Origin: Candidatus Heimdallarchaeota archaeon
GTDB lineage: Archaea > Asgardarchaeota > Heimdallarchaeia > Heimdallarchaeales > Heimdallarchaeaceae
Length of the DNA stretch: 64,000 nt
Assembly (NCBI GenBank): GCA_019057815.1
Contig: JAHLWR010000001.1
Span: forward strand, 192,001 to 256,000
Direction: 5' to 3'
Of the stretch, positions 1-12,000 are shown piece by piece. Both the position numbers and the translations under genes were made by a program. The first letter of the stretch is position 1; each line of letters opens with the position of its first letter. The notes under the pieces are model-generated. The model searched no databases, had not been told where the DNA came from, and saw nothing but the letters and a program-made list of their open reading frames with translations.

Positions 1-56
1 GGTGGAGTTGCAACTCTTCTAACTATATTTATTAAAAGAATCTGGAGGAAAAGAAA

Positions 57-3000
57 ATGAAGAAAAATCAAATAATTAATTTAATTACCAAAAAGAAAAG
101 ACCTATTATTCAGATTATAACGACTCTATTCATTATATCTTCTTTACTGATAATGGATATTTCACCTTATCTTATTTCTGCAGAGAATAATGACAACTAC
201 ACGTTTTTTTACGATGATTTCATGTTTACGACTGTAAATTCTACAGCTATTTGGGGAGGAACACGTGATATAGAAAATGGAAAACTAGTTGTCCAAGAAG
301 GGAGAAAAGCATATGCAATTTGTAGTTTAGACCTATGGAACGGGTATACCGATTTAATACTAAAAGTAGCAATTTCACTTGGACAAACATCTCCTTCTGC
401 AAGGATTGTTGTTCGTGATGCTAATACTTCTGAGATTCTTTTCAGTGATCATCCTTCAAATATTCATTCAGTAGAAATCAATCTTCTTCCTTTTGTTGAC
501 CTTACTTCTACTCATCTCAAATTAGAAATACATGGATATGTAAAATTTGATATTATTAAGATTTATACTCCTAATCTTTTCTTATATAATCTACTTTTGG
601 ATGATAATGTAGAAGATGTTCTGGTGAATGAAGTAAGTGAATCTTCTTATCTTGAAGATGGTCAACAAGCACTTTTCAGACCTTATAGCCGATATGTTTC
701 TTTCAATCCTGAAGCAGGGAGAGGAAGCTATCTAATGGAAACTGAAGATTATTTCATTCCTTATTTTAATGATATTTGTTTAGTTGGACAAATAGCTAGG
801 ATGAGTTTTGAAATAGAAGATGAATCAGCATTTGATTCAACGGTTAGGTTTGTTATAGAAGCTAAGTTTTACCATGGAAGAGCAGTAGAATACAAGATAC
901 TTGCAGACATTACTGAAAGATTAGATGGTTATTCAACGCCTATTTATATCCCTCTAGATTCTCTAAAAGGGCAAGATGTTTCATTCCTCATTCATATCTT
1001 TCCACAACTCTCACTTGATTCTCCTCTTCCTTACATGGCTATTTCTTACTTGGGGATAACAGCTCAGGCTTCTCCCAAGATAAATGGAAGGGAATTTGAC
1101 GCCATAGATTATTCTACAAAAGACGTTTATACACAAATCACTCCTGCAACGGTGAATGGGGAGGAAAATCTTGTTTTAGCTAGAGATAGAGAAGGTACTA
1201 TTGCCACTTATCGGACTTTCATAGGAACAAACTATTCTCACTTAAGCTGTGATGGTTTTGTCTTATCAGAGTATTTAGATGAATCAGTTAGTGGAGCTTG
1301 GTCCCCCGATGAATCTGGAGAATCTTTAACTTTTGATTTATTTGAAGCGAAAAAAGGAGTGATAACTGTACAATCTGACAAGTTCGTGTTTACTACAGGT
1401 ACTTTGGAAGCTTATTTCTCTGTTTTTGAATATGGTGTAGCAACTGGTTTTATTTACAAATATGAAGGTAGTAACGAGTTTTGGACTATTGCTGTTCAAA
1501 AGATAGAAGAATCAAGAGATTTGGCTTTGCTTATTCATAATCATGCAATAGTAGACACTATCCCTCTCATTGAAGATATTTCTAGTGATGTTTCAGTAAA
1601 GATTATCAAGAACTTATTCCTCGATTCTTATCATATTTATGTTAATGATCAATTAACTTTTGTTCGTTCTCATGGTACTGCTTCAGCAAAAGTTGGATTT
1701 TATTATCGGGTTATTGATAATACAGATTTCGGACAATACTATCCAGCTCAATTTCATAGTATTGATCTCTTCTCTGTTGGGAAATATGATATAACACGCA
1801 TGTATTTAACTGTCCAAAATCCCATGAAACAAGAAACAAGGATTAAAGTCAAGGAAAGTTATTCAGATGAATCTTTATACATAAGAGAAAGAGAAATTGC
1901 TGAATTCTTAATACCTCATACTGACGGTTTCGAAACTTTTGTTGTTCATTGTATAGTTCCTAGTATACATAATAGAATCACGTTAGAACTTGATACAGAT
2001 GTTTTAGTCTATGTATATCAACTAGGTTTCCTTAGTTATAGCTCCTTTGGAGAAACAAGAGATGCGTGTAAATATTACAAGATAGCACCTTCAATAATTG
2101 AAAATGATGAAGGAAGAAGAGTTTTTACAGAAAAAATAGTCATTAAAGACGAATTAGAGTGGGTTACCTACGATATGGAATTACAAGAAGGGTTCTTTTA
2201 CATCTATGCAGATACCACACCAGACGACAATCTAGAATTTGAGATTAGTATCCGTCCTATTAATGCAAGTGAGTATGACCTTTTTACTTCTATAGGTACA
2301 GTCTATTTCCTTGAAAAGGATAGCAAAACTTACGGTCATCATCTTTTCATTAATTCTTCAACACTGGAAAATGTTCCTGCAGAATTAGATATTTATGAAG
2401 TAAAAATCAACGTTACTTCTTCTGATTATCCTATTAGTGTCCAAAGTTTAGCTACACGTAGTGTTTCTGATAAGATGGCTGGAGATGATTATTCCAACCT
2501 ATTGAGTGATGTTGAAGGATGGAGAGAAGAATGGGATATAGATTCTTCATCGTATACCTACTTAGACCAAACTGAATGGTATACTGATGTAGCTTTTTCT
2601 GCTTTAAACGGAGGACCAGCTGAAAACTGGTTCAGCCCAACAATTGCTGATTATGCTACTAATACCTTCAATGATATTTTTGATTTTGAAGAAGAAGACA
2701 CAGAAAAATTCAATGGATTTTATCTTTCTGAAGGTTATACAGTTAATAATGGTCTTCTCGACGTACAATTAACAGATTGTACAGGCACTAGTTGTGTAAT
2801 GAGTATAGGTGCAAATAGTGATATATCGCTTAATACTACAAAATACTACCATTTTGAAATAACTGTAAGAACAAACTCAGATCAAAATATGCGTTTTTAT
2901 GGTATAAGAGCCAATACAGACACTGGAAAAACATATGGTGAAAGCAGTTATATTCTTCTTCATTCCGAGCTTTCGACACAAAGATGGTTCAATCAAAGTT

Positions 3001-6000
3001 GGGTAACAATTAAAGGAGATATTCCTGTAGAAGACAGAAATATTTACCAGTCTATTTGGCTTGTATTCACACCTGATGATTACGGATCAGAATCTTCAAT
3101 AAATACCACCGAACACATATATGTTGAGGAAGTACATTTTTACAGTGATGATAGTTTAGTTTCTGAAGAAAATGCTTTTTATACAACTCTTACATCCTCT
3201 GAAAATTATATAATTGAACGCTTTTTAGGTAATACGATAGATGTTTCAGTATATCCTTTCTTAGAAATGAAAATACGCAGTAATAATATTGAAACTACCA
3301 CAGATGTTACTATAGGAGTACATACAACCTCTGCAGGCAATGGTTATGCTAGTTTTGATCTCACAGAGAATTGGTTTTATTATCGTATCAATCTTTACCA
3401 ACTCTTTATTCAGACATATACGACAAGATATCCTGATAATGACCCCTCACTGATCACTTGTTTTGATATTGACAAATTATTATTGTCATTTGAAGGGGAA
3501 ATAGATCTTTCTTCTATTAAGATTTATTCAATAGCCGGTTGGGAATATGTTCCTGATGTAACAGATTCAATATATTCAACAGCTCATCTTGAATTAGAAC
3601 AAGAGACCGTTTTCAAGTTAGGAACTGATTCTAAGTTAGTTTATGCTGTTGAGGTTGATGAATGGAGTTATTATGACGGTAATTATAGTTACTATCTAGA
3701 ATTTATGATTACGGAAAATCAAGGGAAAACAGTTCTTCTTTCATTGAAAGATGATAACGATAACCAGTTCATAGATACAATCTTCGTCCAAGATGGTAAC
3801 CTTTACTATGAAGATTGGTTTGAAGATATTTACTCTTTGAATATAACTGTTAATACCTATAGATGGTATTCTTTCACTCTCTATTCGACAGAAATAAGTG
3901 ACCCATCTCAACATAGTTACTATATATCGTTGGATAATAATCAAACTGCTGAAATTAATTATGTCGATCCATCAATGAATGGTAACCGTATTGAGTTAAA
4001 TCTTACTACAACTGATTCTGATTTGTATCTCAGAAGATTAACTGTCTCTCCATTTAATATATCCCAAACTTTTAGTGATGGTTTTGAATATAAAGCACAA
4101 GAAACAATACTGAACATACAATGGGTATTGAATAACACTGTTACATCTTCAAATAGCTATTTGACAAAAATTAATCTAGCAGATGGAGGAACTATCGCTT
4201 CTTCTTCTAGTTATTTAGTGATTGATGAAAACATCCTACTAAAATATGACTTACCTGATTTAGAATTTTTATCGCCTGAAGATTTCTATTTCTGGGTAAC
4301 AGCCAATGTTTATGCAGATAATCTTCAAATTCATATCAACGACGATTTTATTCTTTCTAAAAATGAAAATATAGGGATAGAATATTTCAAAGATTATAGA
4401 ATTACAACTGAAGATATTGGAGAATATCTTTCTTCAATTTCAATTGTTCCTTTAAATGATTACGCATACATTCAATTCCTTACTCTCTGGGGTAACTGTA
4501 CTCTCTTTGATTATTATACTGATTTCTCTGATGGTAATTGTACCTTAGACGATTGGATTGGTTCAAGTTTACCATTTATTACTAATACTGGTGATTTAAG
4601 TGCTCAACGATCTCTTGGTTCATCAATTGATACCTTTATTCATCATTATAATATGCCTTTTACTGATTATGTTCTCACAGCCACAGTTAATAGTTCTAGT
4701 GGTATATGGAGTGGTGACTATTGTACTGTTACTACAGGGTTAGTTTTTCATTCCCAAAACAAAAACATTGAGAGATTAAACTATTTTACTGGTTATTACC
4801 TAAAATACATCTGGATATATGAGCACCCAGGAATATATGAATCCAAACAACTTCAACTCTGGAATTACGCTACTTCCATGGATGACATCTTAATTGAATC
4901 TTGGTCCATACCCTATAATGATATTAATTATAAAAAAGCTGAAAGTAGTTTTGGTATCTCAGTAACTTATGTTAATGAGAGCTTCTTCATCATTGAACCA
5001 TTTGTTGACGAAATTGTTGTTGGAAGAGAAATTATCGAGGATTCTTCACGCATTTATAGCTCTGGTTATACAGGTATTTGTTATGATATGCTTACAAGTG
5101 ATACTCATCTTCCTAAAGGTGTAATTAACAGTTTTAGCGTCTTTCACAAATATTATTATCCTACTTCTGAACGTTTGATTTTAGGAGTAAATGATAAGGA
5201 TAACGCTTTTATTGTTGGAAAATTATATATCGATGAAGGAATATTTCAAACCGAGACATTAGATCTTTCTCACCAACAAACTCTTACTCTTACTTTTAAA
5301 GCTAAACAATGGAATACTAGGATGTTTATTGGATTATACCAAGATTCTCAACAATATGGCTTCAAGTTCTACAATGGAGATGTTTACAAAATAACAAATG
5401 GTGGAAGTACTTTACTTGTTAATGATTGGTTCAAGAATAATACTTTCCGAACAATATATGTTACACTCGTCTTTGGTTTAGATAATGATTTTAATATTTT
5501 CAATATGCAATTATTTACTGACAAAAGTTTCCGACCAGATATAGGTGATCCACTTTACATTTCTTTCAATAATACACTTTCCGATTCAGTTTTTAGAATC
5601 TCTACTTTAGAATCTTTAGAATTTTCATACGCAGATATAATTGTTGATTCTATTGAATGTGGTGGGATTTATCCTGTCGATATTGAATTTGATGACGGTT
5701 CAACCACACATACTATTCGGGGTTCAGGAGAGATAGCAGAATATTATCTTCAAGCATCAGCTCAAGGAAGTTTAAAGATTGATTCTACTGCTGAAGAGGC
5801 TATAATGTTTAGAGATTTTTATGTAGTCGAGGAATACAATACAACACTCGCATTTAGATATCTTTCTCCCGGTCATCATGATGAGTTATATCAAATTATA
5901 ATTTATGATCAAGGAGAGGCATATTTACAAGTCGGTATTGTTTCTACAGTGGATAATAAAGAAGAAATAATGATATCTGTTAATAATGGACAATCTATGC

Positions 6001-9000
6001 ATATTTTGCTTTTATTCGAAGTACCTTATTATCAATGGATTGATGTTTCTATTACCATTTCTCCATTACTAACAGTAACAGCTGATATCTCATACCAAGG
6101 AGTTAGAGAGAGTGATTCTGCTGATATTACTTACTATCTAGAAGAAAATTGTTATCATAATGTTAAAATTATTAAACCTTCAAACATTACTGATTTACCT
6201 CTTTATCTCAAAAACCTTAGAATATATTCTGGTGCAGGATTCTCTAGTGACTTTGGAAATGGGGAAATAACTGGGTGGACATTAAATACTAACAGTTTGT
6301 TTGTTCATTCAACTGATGTTGAAGATAGACCAACAGAATTGTATGTTTTTGCTGAACCTCTTGGGGGATGGGTAGACCTTACAGTCTCTGTTGACGATGG
6401 ACAATATTCACTAACAACAAGATTACAAGTAGAAGATTTTGAGACTTTAAGACCCTATGTTGTTCCTTTACCTTGGGGTTTTGATACTACTACAGTTCAC
6501 AAATATACTATCATCGCTAACGGAATTTTAACGCTCTATAGCCTATCTTTCTTACAAACGCTTTTAATAAATGATTGGTTAGTAGTTCAACCCTTCGACA
6601 ATGTTACTAATGAAATTCAGGATGAATTTACTCAAATAGGCTATTTAATCGAAGATTTTGAAAGCGATACATTTGATTATATGGAAGTAGTTTCCGATCC
6701 TGAAGGTTTTGGAAATGTTGGAAAAGTTATAGGAAATGAACCATTCGTTCTCACAGCATATGACACAGAACGTATTTCTGATCTTTCCTTTTATTACAAA
6801 TGGGATTGGGACGGTGTAGGAGAACCAAAACCTGGTAATATAATGCTTGAATTTGAGGTAAAAAACAGAGACGGTGATACGAGAGAGGTTACACTAATAA
6901 TCACCCCTGTCATTTCTTCCCATCCTAGCGGAATTATATTTGATTATAATGTTGTAACACTTCATAGTGATTATGACAATATGCATGCATTCTTCAACTA
7001 CGTGCCAAACTCGTGGCAACATGTCTTCATCACTCCTAATGACTTTGTTCTCTATGCAGGAATAGATACAGCAAGTTCTCAAATAAAAACCAATAAATGG
7101 CAAACTTATAGTGTCGATTGTCTCACTATGAAAAAAACAATTCTTGAGGAAGAATATTATATTGACGATATTTCTATCTATTATGAAGATGAAAACATCC
7201 TTGCTCCTTTTGCTAAATCTTATATAAGAACCCAACGCTTAAATCAAGGTAACGAGGGGGTTTGGGTACCAAACCAAGTTAATAGTCTGGGTTTCCTTGA
7301 CTTTTCAAGGATATCTTCTGACACTTCAATGGCTGCTACTGAAGATGCGTCTTTTGTCCTTGAATGTGATAAAGCTGCTGGTGCTATTATTCAAATAACT
7401 ACAACTAATCCATTCTTACTTTTCCAAGGAGGAGAAAAAATAGGTCAAGGAGTGCTCACTTCACCTTCTGAACCTATGAACTATTATATTGATGTTTATT
7501 TATACGAAGGCATTAACAGATTTGTCATTAGATCTTTTCATAAAGGTTCTGGAACATTTCCTTGGCAAATTAGGACTAAGATAGCAACAACCACAAATGT
7601 GAGAATAGTAACCAGTACGTATCAAGCTCAAGATAAAGATATGTTATCGACAGATGGAAATTACCCAATTAGTGATTGGCTTGTCTCTGACCGCCCTGTA
7701 AACTTTGGTGGTCTTGATTATGTTGGCGTGGGGGATGATCCTTATGATAGATTGGAAAAAGACACTGGTCATTACTTCTCTACACGTGCTTTTCCCTATC
7801 CTGGAGAACAGATGAATTACACTACTATAGCTAATGGTAATGAAGTTACAGAATGGGTAGGTCTTAACGATTTTTACAATGAAACAGGTGTAATGAACTA
7901 TGTCGAGAGTATGATGAATAAAACTTCAATTGAAACCAGCGATAAAATTATTTACTACACAAACTTGCATTTTCTACAAGACATAGATGACAATATCTTG
8001 AAAATAAAAGTATACTATGACCCTACATCTCTTATTGAGGCTATATATTACGATGGTCAATATGTTTATGGTAGTTTAGGAGAGATAGGATATACAGAAG
8101 TAATAGAAGGTATAGAAAAATTCTATAGCGATATCACAATTACTGCTTTAGATGATGGTTCATGGATTCTCAATATTCCCTTATCACCTAATTGGAATAA
8201 GTTTTGTTATGATTTAGAAGAAGCTGCCCCCGTTCGTCATGGTTATGCATTAGAGATTGGAGAAATGAGTACTTGTGATATACCTGTAACAACAAATCCC
8301 ATAGCTAGGGGTATTCATCGTTTAGCTATAGTTTTACGTGCTCCAGGTGTTTTGGGAAGTATCCCTTCAAATATCTTTGATATTCAAGCAAATCTAACTA
8401 ATTTTGATGATACAATGAATGCTTTTACTGGTATCACCGAGTATATCTCCACTAAACAAGCTCTTCCCGAAAATGGCCTTATGATGCAACTTGATGGCAA
8501 ATACCGAACTATTCCTAGCCAAGGATTAATGAATGGTAAGAAACCTTATACAGGAAAGAAAGTTCTTGAGAGCCAATCCTTCTGGGATGGCATTAAATAT
8601 CATTCTTTACGTATAGTTCTTATTGGTGTAGACCAATATGGCGTTTATGAGGATCTAAATGAGGATGGAGTGGTTAATGCTACTGATGCTGTCGGTTTAG
8701 CTTCTTATATGGTTATTTTGGATGCTGGAACCAAACATGAAGAAACTTCTCTTGTTCAACACATGATTGGTCCGGAAGGAACTGGAGGAACTTCTTCTCA
8801 ACCTACTAAATTATGTCCTAGGTTCTCAATTATTAGCTCATCTTTAGGTACTAATATCTTCGAGAGTTCTAATATACGCTTATCTCATAACAGTCAAACT
8901 ACTGATCAAGAGCCGTTTGCAATTACTTTACAATTTTCTAAAGATCAATTCAACAGTTTAGAAATTTCCTCTAATCGTCTTAACACCGCTGTTCCTTCTG

Positions 9001-12000
9001 AACAAGAACTATTAGATTTTATTTCCAATACTACAGACATTATTAAAGTCCAATTTAGCCTTTCTACTCCCATTATCTTAAGCTCTGATGATTCGGTTCT
9101 TACTTTAGATTCGGATGAAATTGTTTTCAATATTGGAGAACATACATTCTCTTATGACAGACAGTTACAAAAACTACGTTTGTATTATACCGATAAAAGA
9201 GATGAAGAAGAGATTTCTATTCAACTCGCCACTCAAGTTATAAGTCATAGAGATGCATATTCAATACATAAAAGCTATCATAAAATTGGTCAAGTAGGTG
9301 GTTTTGCCATCTATGACATAAACAAAATCCAACAAATATCTGAAGGAACGATAGTAGCTCCCAGTCATGTCTCTCTTGGACTTTTTGACTATATCAGCAA
9401 TATATTAAAACCAGTTTTAGGAACTAAATTAACTACCGTTGAAGGAATAGAATCTTCAATTAAAGCTTGGAAGAACGGTCGTACACCACCAAAATATATT
9501 GTTGTCCCTGGACCAGATAGGGATATTGAATTACCTGAACCTGTTGATGGGAATGATCCTAATCATGAGAATCCTGAAGAGGACCTACCTCCTGGTACTA
9601 CAGAAGAATCCTTTGAAGGAAATACAAATGGTGTTGCCGCTGATGTTGAGATTGACCCTGAACAAGTATTAATCGATACTATAGTTACTAGTCTTAATGG
9701 TATAGCTTCTGAATTGCAAAAAGACCCTCTAGATATCTCTGCGGGAGTGATTAGTTGGGCTTTGGACCTCATGGATGCTGACCCTGATGAGATTCTTGAT
9801 AAATTAAATGACGCACAATTCAACTATCTCGCCAATGCTTGTGTGTGGTTTTCTAATCTCTGGAACACTATTATGAACTTCTTTGAAAATCTTGGTAAAG
9901 AAATCTGGGAATTTATGAAAATGTTAGCTCAGATATATATCAAGATTATTAGTATTCAAGCAGGCATTATAATGGATCTTTTCAGAGTTTTCCTTTTATT
10001 TATCTTTTCAATTATTTTTGGAACAAATGTGGGATTACATGATACTTCTGAATTGAGATATGTTTCTGGTGGAGATTATATTTTCGATGAGGTAACAGCT
10101 CAAAACTTCCCCCATGTCTACAAACTTGACCACGTTATAGATGTTGCAACTGGTAAAACAGACCTTGAAGGAGAATTAACAGACGAAGAAATAGAAGAAC
10201 GAGCTAAGATTGATGTCCAACAAGGACAAGGAAACGATGCTAATCCAAATTCTGTTAAAAATGTCTTTTTGGAAATAGGTATTGAGAACAGCGATGAGGT
10301 AACAGATTTATTTTTTGGCAAATCAAAATGGGTTCATTCTGTTGAAGATGGAGATGAATGGGATCATTATTTTGGTCTGCGTAAACATCTTAGTCTCTTT
10401 GGATTAGACCTTTTCAGTGAAAACACGTTTATATTAATTTGTGAGATAGTTATTGGTATACTACCTATTACCGCAATAATCCAAGACACTAAAGATTCTA
10501 TCCTTGAGCCTATGAAATTCTTCCGAATATTCGCAAGAATTATGATACCTTTAGATATTACAGAACTATTTGGTAACGTTCTTGCACAAGTTTTTGGAGG
10601 AATGAAGGATTGGTGTGCTGGAACAGGATTAGGTAAAGCTCTCGGAGGAATAAGAGATTTTATTAAGAATATTTTCAACAGAATTGGTAAGTTTCTTAAA
10701 GAAACACTTGGTCCAATTCTAAAGAAATTTGCTAAATATGGAATGATCCTATTCATAGCTTTACTCTGCTTAGTTACGGTAGTCTTGATACCCATGAGTG
10801 GGATAGTGTTACTAGGTTTAGGTACAGCTCTTCTTTTAGTCCTAGGTTTCGTGACTTTCTTAGTAGCAGCGTTTAAATTCTTGAAGACTAGAATTATGAA
10901 ACCTATTTTCGATCTAGCTATGGGGGCACTTAAACCTGTAATGGACGCTATTGGAAACCTTATTAAGAAACTCTTCAAAAGTGCGAAAAATGCTGCAGAT
11001 ATAGTTGGAGTCACGGCTGTTGCAAAAAAAACAAAAGTTGGATTCAAGGCACTTCTTACAAAAACTAAGGACCTAATTCTTGATATATTTGGATATATAT
11101 GGCAGAAAATCACCAGACTCTGGGAAATTGGCACTTGGAAACCTTGGAAAAATAAGCGTATGCCTTGGTGTATAGCTTGTTACTCTAATGCTGCTAAAAA
11201 AGTATTGAACACCCAGTTTGATGTTTTAAGAAAAGCTGATGTTAAATCTAGATATATGCAAATACTTTGGGAAAGGATAGGTGACTTAAACTGGGCTAAA
11301 TTTAATGATATGACTCCTGATGAAAAATATTTGGTTCAGGAATTTGCTAGAATTATTGAACCCGACATAATTTTGGATAATATAGATCATATAGATGGAG
11401 CTTTCAAGAAGGGAGGATTATTCTTTGATGATAATGGTGATGTAATAAGCAATCTAGACAATAATAGATGGACTAAATCTGTTGATGCATTCGCATCGAC
11501 TTGGTTTGACAGTACAGGTAATAGTATGTCTAAAGGTATTATTTTTGACTATCTTAAAAAATTACAAAAACAAATCGGAGAAAATCCTGATAAAACCGAT
11601 TTTATCGACGACTTTATTAAAAAAACTGACGATGTTGATAGTCTTAAAGCTTTATGTATGAAACCTAATCTTATAGATGATTTGCTAATGACTGGTAATG
11701 AGGTTAATGATGACTTCGTATCTATTATCAAAAAACATGCTGATGATCGTTTAGATGCACTTATAGATACAAATGGGAATTTCGCAAAAACAATTGGAGA
11801 AGAAATAACGACTAAAGAAGCTGAATCTTATGCAAGAGTTTTACTTTTCACAGCAGGTATAGATGAAGCTAGATCCATGGATAAAAGCGATTTTGAAAGA
11901 TTTCAAAAAGTTTGGATTGTATTACATGGAGAAACAGATGAATTCCGAAATCCAGTGAAATTAATAGACCCTGATAATGACTATGGTATAGGAGAGGTAG

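Noticed and set aside
10367-11134. 255-aa antisense ORF inside the giant gene (and the other antisense ORFs from 3741 to 13639)
   Set aside because: Shadow frames of a long coding strand; no motifs or ribosome-binding context
9800-11150. Phage tape-measure protein or prophage, suggested by W/F-periodic amphipathic helices
   Set aside because: Embedded in a signal-peptide-bearing protein; no capsid, terminase, tail or integrase genes nearby
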